Positions 1-7,705 of a DNA stretch of 32,000 bases are shown here, in pieces (within the stretch, counting starts at the first letter, position 1; every line of letters begins with the position of its first letter). The notes beneath the pieces are model-generated. The model saw only the letters and a program-made list of their open reading frames with translations, was not told where the DNA came from and did not search any database. The position numbers and the translations under genes were made by a program. The stretch lies in contig NC_020304.1 of the NCBI RefSeq assembly GCF_000341395.1, positions 1,200,001-1,232,000 on the forward strand, in the 5' to 3' direction. Source of the stretch: Desulfocapsa sulfexigens DSM 10523. Its GTDB lineage: Bacteria; Desulfobacterota; Desulfobulbia; Desulfobulbales; Desulfocapsaceae.

Positions 1-1
1 G

Positions 2-610
2 TTTAAGCCCATTCTCAACTGGTCACGTGAGGTCAAGAACGCACGTCTTATTCCCCTGCCCTCCATTCATCCAGATGATCCACACTGCCTAGAACATGTT
101 TATACCGTAAAACAGGAAGGCTTTATCGGAATAAAGATGCATCCCTTTTATCAGGACTATTTTTTAAATGAGAAAAAACTGGATCCCCTCTACGAAGCCT
201 TAAGTAACACAGGCCTGCTCCTTGTTGTTCACTGTGGGTACGACATCGCCTTTCCCCGTATCCGCCGTGTAGACCCCGCAGCAATAGAAAAGCTTCAGCA
301 GCGTTTTCCGCACTTGCGTCTTATAACTACTCACTTTGGAGGATGGGATATCTGGGATGAAGTTGAGGATATCCTTATTGGTAAAAATATTTATATGGAA
401 ATCTCCTTTGCCCTCCACTATCTTAAGAAGGAACAAGTAATTCGAATGCTGAACAACCACCCTCAGGAATATCTGCTTTTTGGCAGCGACTCGCCGTGGA
501 TTGATCAGACAGAATCTATTCACCACTTAAAAGCATTGGCACTGAATGACAAACTACTCACCGGGATTCTCGGTGGGAATGCACTGAGACTTATACAGGA
601 AGCCGTATGA
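2..610 (+). CDS. Amidohydrolase-family metal-dependent hydrolase (5' truncated by window edge)
   Basis: Frame of the 137..610 ORF stays open back to base 2 (FKPILNWSREVKNARLIPLPSIHPDD...). Motifs include 'GFIGIKMHPFYQ', 'LLVVHCG', 'ITTHFGG' and 'LLFGSDSPW', typical of amidohydrolase_2/TIM-barrel hydrolases. Confidence 0.85.
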   Translation, partial: FKPILNWSREVKNARLIPLPSIHPDDPHCLEHVYTVKQEGFIGIKMHPFYQDYFLNEKKLDPLYEALSNTGLLLVVHCGYDIAFPRIRRVDPAAIEKLQQRFPHLRLITTHFGGWDIWDEVEDILIGKNIYMEISFALHYLKKEQVIRMLNNHPQEYLLFGSDSPWIDQTESIHHLKALALNDKLLTGILGGNALRLIQEAV

Positions 611-981
611 CAGACATCCCCCATATATCGAAAAGAGACTGTGATTGCTGCGGAAAACCTCTTCCGGACGGTGAATTATTTTATCACTGCCGCACGGAAC
701 TTATTGCTGCCAAGGATGAGACCATCCCCGAACTGAAACACCCGGACAAACTTATTGCCATGGCCCTCTCTGAGATAGCCGGAAAGGACGAGAATGAGCT
801 TCTAGATGATATCTACCAGGAGATTATCCTCCAACTCTGTCCAAACTGTCGTCTAATACTGTTGAAACATATCCACAGTATGTTGAATAAAGGCTGTAAA
901 AATTGTCCCAAATGCGGGCCACAGCCGGTAAGGAAAAAAGGGAAACTGCTAAAATTTCCTTCCAGTGATAACGTGAAATAG
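607..981 (+). CDS. Hypothetical Cys-rich protein (CxCC ... CPNC ... CKNCPKC)
   Basis: 124-aa ORF overlapping the stop of the upstream hydrolase; CDCCGKPL, CPNC and CKNCPKC motifs suggest zinc binding. Confidence 0.6.
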   Translation: MTDIPHISKRDCDCCGKPLPDGELFYHCRTELIAAKDETIPELKHPDKLIAMALSEIAGKDENELLDDIYQEIILQLCPNCRLILLKHIHSMLNKGCKNCPKCGPQPVRKKGKLLKFPSSDNVK

Positions 982-1029
982 GTGGCTCAAACACACCTTG
1001 TTGTCTTTACTGGACCCCTGCCCCTCTGA

Positions 1030-1389
1030 CTACAACACCTGTTGCAGAAATTCATCAGCCAGCATTGACAGGGCAAGGGCATCCATAACTTCCACCCGTG
1101 AATCCACCATAACTCCGTTTGCAATCAAAACCGTGCGCGGATAGCCATGACCGCCAAAGGCATCGGTGAGTGATTGGTGTTCATCTGAGATAAAAATCAG
1201 CTTTTCAGTCTGCACACAGCACTGATAGACTGGAATTCCAGCTGTTTCCATTTTCTGTGCAAACCCTGGAAAATGAGGTTGCTGGCGTACCATGCAATCC
1301 GGACACCAGGCCGCTATCACGTTGAGTACAAAGGTTTCCTTCTGATTCATTTGCTCCTGCACTTCGGCAGGACTGAGTTCTCGTATCAT
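1030..1389 (-). CDS. Thioredoxin-fold protein with CPDC active-site-like motif
   Basis: ORF has 'FVLNVIAAWCPDCMVRQQPHFPGFAQKM' and '...GGHGYPRTVLIANGVMVDSR', a thioredoxin-like pattern. Confidence 0.75.
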   Translation of the reverse strand: MIRELSPAEVQEQMNQKETFVLNVIAAWCPDCMVRQQPHFPGFAQKMETAGIPVYQCCVQTEKLIFISDEHQSLTDAFGGHGYPRTVLIANGVMVDSRVEVMDALALSMLADEFLQQVL

Positions 1390-1395
1390 AATTAT

Positions 1396-3546
1396 TTATT
1401 TCCTCCGTATCTCCCAGCAATGATGAATTCTACTGTTTCTGGCAAAATCAAGGGGAATGGAGTCCCTGCTGATATTACGGATTGCGTAATACTTGTCAAT
1501 GGATTCATCCATCTGAAAGCGTCTGAAATTGGTTGAAAAAATGAGCACCCCACCCTCTGCCAGACGGGCAACGGATTTTTCAATCAGGAGGCGGTGATCG
1601 CGTTGCACATCAAAGACCCGGCTTTCTTTTTTGGTATTGGAGAAGGTGGGAGGATCAACAAAGATCAGATCGTACTCCTTTCTATCCTCCGCCAACCATT
1701 TAAGGCAATCGGCCTGTATCGTTTCATGAGCCAAGCCGCCAAAACCATTCAGAGCAAGATTCATCCGAGCCCAGTTAAGATAGGTTGGTGAAAGATCCAC
1801 GGTGGTTGTGGATTCCGCTCCACCTACAGCTGCGTGAACGGTAGCCGTTCCCGTGTAGGCAAAAAGATTGAGGAAACGTTTCCCCTTAGCTTCCCTCGCA
1901 ATTTTCATACGAATATTGCGATGATCAAGAAATATTCCGGTATCCAGATAATCGGTGAAATTCACCAGTAGAAAGCAGTCCCCTTCCCGGACGGTGTACA
2001 TTTTTTTATGGGTTGCCTGTTTTTGATATTGGGCCTTCCCCTTCTGTTTGCGCCTGGTTTTTAAAAATACCCGGTCTCTGCGTACCCCAAAGAGGTGCCG
2101 AACCTGATGCAACACCTGCTGAAAACGTCTCTGTGCTATTTTTTCATCTACCGTATCGGGTGCAGCATACTCCTGAACCTGAATCCACTTTTCATAGAGA
2201 TCCACCGAAACATTAAATTCCGGAAGGTCTTTATCATACACCCGGAAACAGTGTACCCCATCACGTTCTGCCCACTTAAGAAACTTTTTGGCATTTTTAC
2301 GAAGCCTGTTACCAAACTCTATTCCTTCCTCGGGGCCATTATCCACAGCAAGCTGCCATTGAAACGCCGGTGTATCCTCTTCATGCACTGTGCCACAAAA
2401 CAATCGGCAGTTAATGGAGCCATTATACATGCGGTGAGTCCTTTCCCACTTGATCCCCATCCTGTCACCGAAATCGGGATTGGAGGTAAAGACTCCTATC
2501 TGCCAGTCGTACAGTTCCTGTTTACTTATACGCCCCAAAGCCCTGTGAAGCTGTTCCGCCTGATCTGTTTCGGAAAGCCGCTCGCCATAGGGTGGATTGA
2601 CCACCATGATCCCCCTGGCAGCAGGACGCCGCAGATTAGCAAGTTGTCCCTGTTTAATAACGATCTTGTCATCATAACAGGCATTTTCGACATTGCTCCT
2701 TGCCACGGCCACGGCACGGGGATCGGCATCATAACCAAGCATTAGAGGCCACTCCCGTTCAAGTCCGGCTTCCTCCCGCTCGATGGCCTCATCCACCAGT
2801 CTGTCCCAAAGAGTCCGATCGTGCATCTTCCAGCCACTAAAGCCAAAATAACTGCGGGACAGTCCGGGTGCTGCATCACCAAAAATCAAGGCTGCCTCGA
2901 TAAGGATGGTTCCCGAGCCACACATCGGGTCAAGAAACATGACATCCTTTGATATCCCAGGTTTCCATCCGGCAAGTGCAACAATGGCTGCCGCCAGACT
3001 CTCCTTCAATGGAGCAAGACTTCCACCCTCCTTCCGATATCCGCGTCGATGCAGACTCTCGCCACTTAAGTCGAGGGCGATTGTGGCCTGATCCTTGTAA
3101 ATGGAGACTCGAATCCTGATCCCAGGACGTACCACCGATACATTTGGTCGCTCATTATGAGTCTTACGAAACTGATCCACCACAGCATCCTTTACCCGGA
3201 GCGCCGCAAATCCACTATGCTGTATGGCCGACAGATGAAGAGTGCAATCCACGGCAAAGGTCGTCTCAATATCCATGTGCTGGCCCCAGTCAACCTTCAA
3301 TGCCCCCTCATACAGAGCATCTTCATCGGGGGCTGGAAATTCGGCAAGCGTGAGAAACACCCGGGAAGCATAGCGTGACCAGAGACAGGCCCGGTAGGCA
3401 GCTTCAAGATCACCCTTCCAGCTCACCAACCCCCTTGCCTGGTCCACATCAATTCCGCCAAGATCCTTTGCTTCCTGGCACACCAAATCTTCAAGGCCAG
3501 CTGCACAACTTATTGCAAGACTATATATTTTTTTATTTTCCATCAT
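1396..3546 (-). CDS. rlmL: Bifunctional 23S rRNA methyltransferase RlmKL (RlmL-RlmK fusion)
   Basis: 716-aa ORF with THUMP-like N-terminus, 'DPMCGSGTILIEAA', 'NPPYGERL', and a second MTase domain 'FLNLFAYTGTATVHAA...DVDPPTFSN'-like region (IFVDPPTFSNTKK). Confidence 0.93.
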   Translation of the reverse strand: MMENKKIYSLAISCAAGLEDLVCQEAKDLGGIDVDQARGLVSWKGDLEAAYRACLWSRYASRVFLTLAEFPAPDEDALYEGALKVDWGQHMDIETTFAVDCTLHLSAIQHSGFAALRVKDAVVDQFRKTHNERPNVSVVRPGIRIRVSIYKDQATIALDLSGESLHRRGYRKEGGSLAPLKESLAAAIVALAGWKPGISKDVMFLDPMCGSGTILIEAALIFGDAAPGLSRSYFGFSGWKMHDRTLWDRLVDEAIEREEAGLEREWPLMLGYDADPRAVAVARSNVENACYDDKIVIKQGQLANLRRPAARGIMVVNPPYGERLSETDQAEQLHRALGRISKQELYDWQIGVFTSNPDFGDRMGIKWERTHRMYNGSINCRLFCGTVHEEDTPAFQWQLAVDNGPEEGIEFGNRLRKNAKKFLKWAERDGVHCFRVYDKDLPEFNVSVDLYEKWIQVQEYAAPDTVDEKIAQRRFQQVLHQVRHLFGVRRDRVFLKTRRKQKGKAQYQKQATHKKMYTVREGDCFLLVNFTDYLDTGIFLDHRNIRMKIAREAKGKRFLNLFAYTGTATVHAAVGGAESTTTVDLSPTYLNWARMNLALNGFGGLAHETIQADCLKWLAEDRKEYDLIFVDPPTFSNTKKESRVFDVQRDHRLLIEKSVARLAEGGVLIFSTNFRRFQMDESIDKYYAIRNISRDSIPLDFARNSRIHHCWEIRRK

Positions 3547-3601
3547 AGGGGTAAGGCTACTGTTGTTTGAAAAAATTCACAATAGTGATAGACGGGCGAT
3601 C

Positions 3602-3841
3602 TCACAAAACATCCAATCCAAATAAAGTCCTCTTCCCCGCCTTTTTTAAGGTCTCGTTCACCACCCGGCGAACATCTACAAGACATCAGCGCCCTTGAGG
3701 ATTGTTCGTTTCACAGTTGCAGTTACCGGCCTTTGACTCAGCAATAATCTGCTCCAAAATGGTTGATTTCCCGTGTACAAGTACATCTTTTTCCAAAGCA
3801 TCTGCCGTATGATTATGGCAATAACAAATTAATCCATCCAT
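3602..3841 (-). CDS. Putative selenocysteine-containing BFD/CopZ-like [2Fe-2S]-binding protein (TGA at 3686..3688 read as Sec)
   Basis: Manual translation: MDGLICYCHNHTADALEKDVLVHGKSTILEQIIAESKAGNCNCETNNPQGR-U-CLVDVRRVVNETLKKAGKRTLFGLDVL*. Cys-x-Cys, Cys-x-Cys and NPxGx(U)C match the BFD/CopZ-N pattern. AAAGGG lies 8 nt upstream of the ATG, and a hairpin follows the TGA. Confidence 0.8.
3651..3684 (-). promoter_or_regulatory. Candidate bacterial SECIS hairpin
   Basis: RNA after UGA: GUCU-UGUAGAU-GUUCGCC-GGGU-GGUGAAC-G-AGAC. There is a 7-bp apical stem (one G-U) with a GGGU loop starting 20 nt after the UGA, plus an outer 4-bp GUCU/AGAC stem. Confidence 0.65.
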
Positions 3842-4201
3842 TTTCAACACCCTTTCAGTTCTATTTATCCATTGAAAACATATTCTTTGATTATACTCTA
3901 GCCTTGTCCGAGAATACAGGAGATTGCATTCCCCCTTCGTATTTCTGGGAGTTTTCTTTTAGCAAACCAACATCGGCTCCTGAATTCATACGTCAGAGGT
4001 GAGGCAAAAAGAGACCTCCTGTAGTAAAATGTACTATAGCATAGGAAGCTGGCATGAAGATAAACTCACAGAATCTTAGGCCACATTGCCCCCCCCAGCT
4101 GAAAGGAGAATCCCTGAAAAAAAAGAAAGCAAACTTGACATGAATTATACCAACAAGGTAGAAAGATAATAATAGCGTCGCTTCACTCCGACACGTGTGG
4201 C

Positions 4202-4263
4202 CGGAATCTCCAGACTGGAAGGCCGATTTCGTCTGGAATAAATAGCCGGATTCAGTGGAATAC
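4202..4263 (+). repeat. Three degenerate short direct repeats (CCGgAaT..cTGGAATA type)
   Basis: CCGGAATCTCCAGACTGGAA (4202-4221), CCGATTTCGTCTGGAATA (4224-4241), CCGGATTCAGTGGAATA (4247-4263), in an otherwise non-coding stretch. Confidence 0.45.
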
Positions 4264-4411
4264 GAACCAGCGCCTAAGGACAAAACCAACCTGCTCTCAA
4301 GGATAATTTGTCGATTATTCAGTCATTTACCTTGGCAACCTCCCCTTACTCTGCTATCCTTAACTGCGACCTAAGTTTTTTTTTGGACTGTTTTTATAGG
4401 TAATATTTCTT

Positions 4412-5143
4412 ATGGACGCATTAAGTAACAAGGAATTAACGACGTTATTGGAAATTATATCAGACTGCATTACTTGTGATTCTATTGAGACATTTTTTAC
4501 AATTATATCGAAAGTTGAAAACCTACTGCAGTATGGTCACATTGTTTTTCTTTCATCCCAAAAAGATTTTCCCAGCAGTCTACCCTCGATACAAGAAATC
4601 AATGTGTCCTATCCAATTGAATGGACAAATATATACCGAACTCAAAATTATACCGCTGTAGATCCTATAATAAGTTCAGGAGAAACAGGTTTACTGTTCT
4701 GGAAAGACATCTATGACAGAACACCTCCTGATCAAGACTTTTATTCCCAAGCTCAATCCTTTGGATTAACGAATGGATTTTCTCATATAATTTCTACACC
4801 CAAAATATTCGGATTAATGTCTGTAGCAGGAAATGAGCTTGTTGACTCATCCCGCAGTAGAACTATTATCAATTACCTTGCCCCACATTTTCATCAACTG
4901 GTACAACACCTAATAAAAAAACAGGCAAGAGAGAGCATGCCTAAAATAACACCACGTGAACGAGAAGTATTAATTTGGGCAATGGAAGGCAAATCAAATT
5001 GGGAAATATCTGTCATATTGGGAATTAGCCAGGAAAGCATAAAGGGGCATATTTCAAAAATCCTGAATAAATTAGATGCGAGCAATCGTGCTCATGCGGT
5101 GGCTATTGCTATGCAGGCCAATCTTTTATTTCCATATGGGTGA
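4412..5143 (+). CDS. LuxR-family regulator with autoinducer-binding domain and C-terminal HTH
   Basis: N-terminal 'YPIEWTNIYRTQNYTAVDPII...FWKDIY' matches the AHL-binding pocket pattern (YPxxWxxxYxxxxYxxxDP). C-terminal 'TPREREVLIWAMEGKSNWEISVILGISQESIKGHISKILNKLDASNRAHAV' is a GerE/LuxR HTH. Confidence 0.88.
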   Translation: MDALSNKELTTLLEIISDCITCDSIETFFTIISKVENLLQYGHIVFLSSQKDFPSSLPSIQEINVSYPIEWTNIYRTQNYTAVDPIISSGETGLLFWKDIYDRTPPDQDFYSQAQSFGLTNGFSHIISTPKIFGLMSVAGNELVDSSRSRTIINYLAPHFHQLVQHLIKKQARESMPKITPREREVLIWAMEGKSNWEISVILGISQESIKGHISKILNKLDASNRAHAVAIAMQANLLFPYG

Positions 5144-5304
5144 ATTTCTGAAAACCCTTTCTTTTGGAATATACGACTTATAAGAGTTGAATAGTAAACA
5201 TCCACCCTCTCGGTCAAATCATATCCTCTTCTTCATTAAACATGTATAAAATCGATTTTTAAGCAGGTCATTCTGGATTGAAAAAAATAAGAGAGATACA
5301 CAAA

Positions 5305-5544
5305 TCAATCACCTACAGGACGTTGACTTCCGATACTCTCAATTGAAAACCCAGGTGCACATTCTGCCAATAAGATGTTGAGGATTTCGGGATGATCTTC
5401 TTGTGAGTCTTCCAGGGCCGTCAGTATTGAATCAATCACTTGGTCAGGAATATAATTCTGAGCCTGCCATAAAATTGGAATAACATTAGATGGAACCTCA
5501 ATATTTGAATTGCTGAGAGCAATAATTAAATCATTTATTGGCAT
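5305..5544 (-). CDS. Hypothetical protein (79 aa) between luxR-like and luxI-like genes
   Basis: ORF with ATG, a purine-rich AGGAGAAGAAATG ribosome-binding context, and no overlapping better candidate. Confidence 0.6.
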   Translation of the reverse strand: MPINDLIIALSNSNIEVPSNVIPILWQAQNYIPDQVIDSILTALEDSQEDHPEILNILLAECAPGFSIESIGSQRPVGD

Positions 5545-5662
5545 TTCTTCTCCTGTTAGTGAGTCACCTTGAGCCCTGATTATAACAACGGCAATATAAT
5601 AAAAACAAGAGAGATATGAGCTTGGTAACTAACTGTAAAATGAGATTAATGGTGGCATTTGC

Positions 5663-5747
5663 AAAGGTCATATTGCAATTGTCCTGAGTAAAGTAAATAC
5701 TCAAAAACTCCCTCCTGCCGGTGTTATCATATTGCAATATGACCTTT
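5663..5747. promoter_or_regulatory. Inverted repeat / tandem palindromic operator-like sites
   Basis: AAAGGTCATATTGCAAT (5663-5679) and its exact reverse complement ATTGCAATATGACCTTT (5731-5747). The second arm sits in a perfect 16-bp palindrome TCATATTGCAATATGA (5727-5742). Confidence 0.7.
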
Positions 5748-5793
5748 TACTTTCTCTAAGCTTAATGTCTACCCCCCCTAACGGGTTGTGCTA

Positions 5794-6447
5794 CTAAATT
5801 ACCATTTGTTCGATATTTAACTGCTCCAAATCTTGAAACCATGCCAAAAGAGCTGGCTTCTTGGTTGCTGTAAATTTCTCAAATGCTGTCCAGGTTGATA
5901 TCGCAGCTATGGCAACAACGCCATCGGGCATAGTCACCGCTGGAGCCACAGCAGTGCAAGGCATACCCAGTAAGTTCAATAACCGAAAAAAGTGATTTGA
6001 GACAACCATATAGACAGTATCTTTATCGTTACTTCTACACCAATTATAAAAGGCTTTTTCCAAAGCCATCACAATTGGAAACATCCCATACTTCGTTGAA
6101 ACTTGACTTTTTCTGAGGTCATTTGCAATACAGAATCGTGTTACTTCAATCGTTTGTGGTGTCTTCTGGATTTTGTGATTTCCAATAATTTCTTTGAATT
6201 CATTTTCAATCATGAATCGGTCGGTAGGGAAATGGATTCGCAAGCATGCGATCAAGCGATTTTTTGCAAAAACTCCGACCTGTAGACATTTGCTGTCATA
6301 AGAATCAATTTCCTTTTTATTTTCATTACCAGAAACCCATTTAAGTTCTTCAGCAAAGACTTGATAGCGCAATCGAAAGGCCGCGTTTTTCTCTTCTTTC
6401 GTGGTTAAAGTTTGCATGCGTAAATCTTCTTCAAAAAAGTATCCCAT
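5794..6447 (-). CDS. LuxI-type acyl-homoserine-lactone synthase / GNAT autoinducer synthase-like protein
   Basis: Conserved LuxI pattern: 'RYQVFAEELKW', 'EIDSYD', 'ACLRI', 'IEVTRFCI'. Neighbouring luxR-like gene supports the assignment; an exosortase-associated acyltransferase is a related alternative. Confidence 0.75.
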   Translation of the reverse strand: MGYFFEEDLRMQTLTTKEEKNAAFRLRYQVFAEELKWVSGNENKKEIDSYDSKCLQVGVFAKNRLIACLRIHFPTDRFMIENEFKEIIGNHKIQKTPQTIEVTRFCIANDLRKSQVSTKYGMFPIVMALEKAFYNWCRSNDKDTVYMVVSNHFFRLLNLLGMPCTAVAPAVTMPDGVVAIAAISTWTAFEKFTATKKPALLAWFQDLEQLNIEQMVI

Positions 6448-6561
6448 AATCCATCTCCTGATAATAATGAGAGTTCAACACCTTCTTTACCTAGAAGGAT
6501 TGTTGGATATCTCAGAAAGAAATTAGGAGTGATTCTGTAAAGAAGGGATTTGAAAATATAG

Positions 6562-6577
6562 CCCCCCGAATGGGGGG
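6562..6577. repeat. GC hairpin CCCCCC-GAAT-GGGGGG upstream of luxI-like gene
   Basis: gCCCCCCgaatGGGGGGGt in an AT-rich intergenic region between divergent genes. Confidence 0.5.
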
Positions 6578-6633
6578 GTATGCATAGATGTGATTATTCA
6601 GTATCTTAGTTAAGCTTATTATCTCAAAATACA

Positions 6634-7650
6634 TTGAGAATAAAAATCAGTAACATATCAGCATTCCAAAATAGCATTCAAGAAAATTACCTTTGTTATA
6701 TTTACGATTCATTACCCAAGGGGTCGATTATGAATAATGAAGTAGAAACAGGTAATATTCCTCAAAATGAAGACGGACTTCTAATGTTACACATAAGTCA
6801 GGTCCCCGAAAATATTGGCCTTATTCGAGTAGTAAAAAACTTGGCAAATCCTAACGGGGAAATTGAGACTGACGGTTCCTGGTCACGGGCGGAAATCCAA
6901 CGTCTCAGCATAGAGTACCCGCAGCTAGTTGTTGAGTTACATGTAAATCCAGAAGAAAAACTGAATCTGCTTGTGGATCAATTAACGAGTATTACAGAAA
7001 AAAAACTTACCCTGAAGAGAATGTTTGAAGATGTAAATAGTGTCAAAGAGCATTTGAAAGAGAGGGTAAAAAAGGTTTTTGATGAACAGATAATCTCTTT
7101 CAGGAACCGAATGACCATCTTTTCTTATGGCGTTAGTGATAGCACCTTAACTGAAAATGCTGGCTCATATAGTAAACTCATTTCCTATTCAACCCAATGT
7201 TTTGTCATTGGAATGCTTTTTACCAAATATCTCAACGAATTGAGTGATCAACAGAGAACCACTTTGGGGAAAAGTCTTATTCTTCATAAAATTGGGTACA
7301 TAGAGACCATGGAGGACTCAAAAAGCCTCATGGAAAGAACGATTGCAATTTTAGAAAATGCTGAATATGAAAGAGAAATTATCAGGTTTGCCATGAATCA
7401 GGGAGCAACCCGATTTAAAAAGAATAAGCTTAAGAACTTACCCCGATCCACAGAAATTGGCAAAATTGTAACACATTATTGCAACTGCACGGTGAACCAT
7501 CCAAGATCCACTCCTCCATATAAAACCATCGAAAATTTCGAGAGTGTTCTGGAGGCTTCGGGCAGGCGGCGAGAAATAATGTTTGACCCAACGTTATTAA
7601 CTAAATTTGTCGAAATGATACGTAAAGGCCTGGAAATGCCAGCCAAATAA
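6634..7650 (+). CDS. Hypothetical protein with degenerate HD-GYP-like C-terminal domain
   Basis: 'LGKSLILHKIGYIE' resembles the HD-GYP 'LLHDIGKI' with catalytic residues replaced. 'STEIGKIVTHYCNCTVNHPRSTPPYKTIENFESVL...FDPTLLTKFVEMI' resembles the HD-GYP C-terminal helices. Confidence 0.55.
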   Translation: MRIKISNISAFQNSIQENYLCYIYDSLPKGSIMNNEVETGNIPQNEDGLLMLHISQVPENIGLIRVVKNLANPNGEIETDGSWSRAEIQRLSIEYPQLVVELHVNPEEKLNLLVDQLTSITEKKLTLKRMFEDVNSVKEHLKERVKKVFDEQIISFRNRMTIFSYGVSDSTLTENAGSYSKLISYSTQCFVIGMLFTKYLNELSDQQRTTLGKSLILHKIGYIETMEDSKSLMERTIAILENAEYEREIIRFAMNQGATRFKKNKLKNLPRSTEIGKIVTHYCNCTVNHPRSTPPYKTIENFESVLEASGRRREIMFDPTLLTKFVEMIRKGLEMPAK

Positions 7651-7705
7651 ACAACGGTCAATTATATAATAAGTAACGGTTAGATCAAAGGAGAAGCAAG
7701 CAGGG

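Noticed and set aside
3602-3841. Possibility that the TGA-containing BFD-like ORF is simply a pseudogene or a truncated 51-aa protein
   Set aside because: The TGA replaces exactly the invariant Cys codon position, the reading frame and family motif resume immediately after it, and a SECIS-like hairpin follows. It is not excluded without selA/B/C/D evidence.
3763-4002. 79-aa ORF on the plus strand
   Set aside because: Overlaps the start of the better-supported BFD-like gene on the opposite strand, with no motif.
3993-4289. 98-aa ORF on the minus strand
   Set aside because: Low-complexity hydrophobic translation without recognisable motif; overlaps the short degenerate repeats and looks like non-coding or relic DNA.
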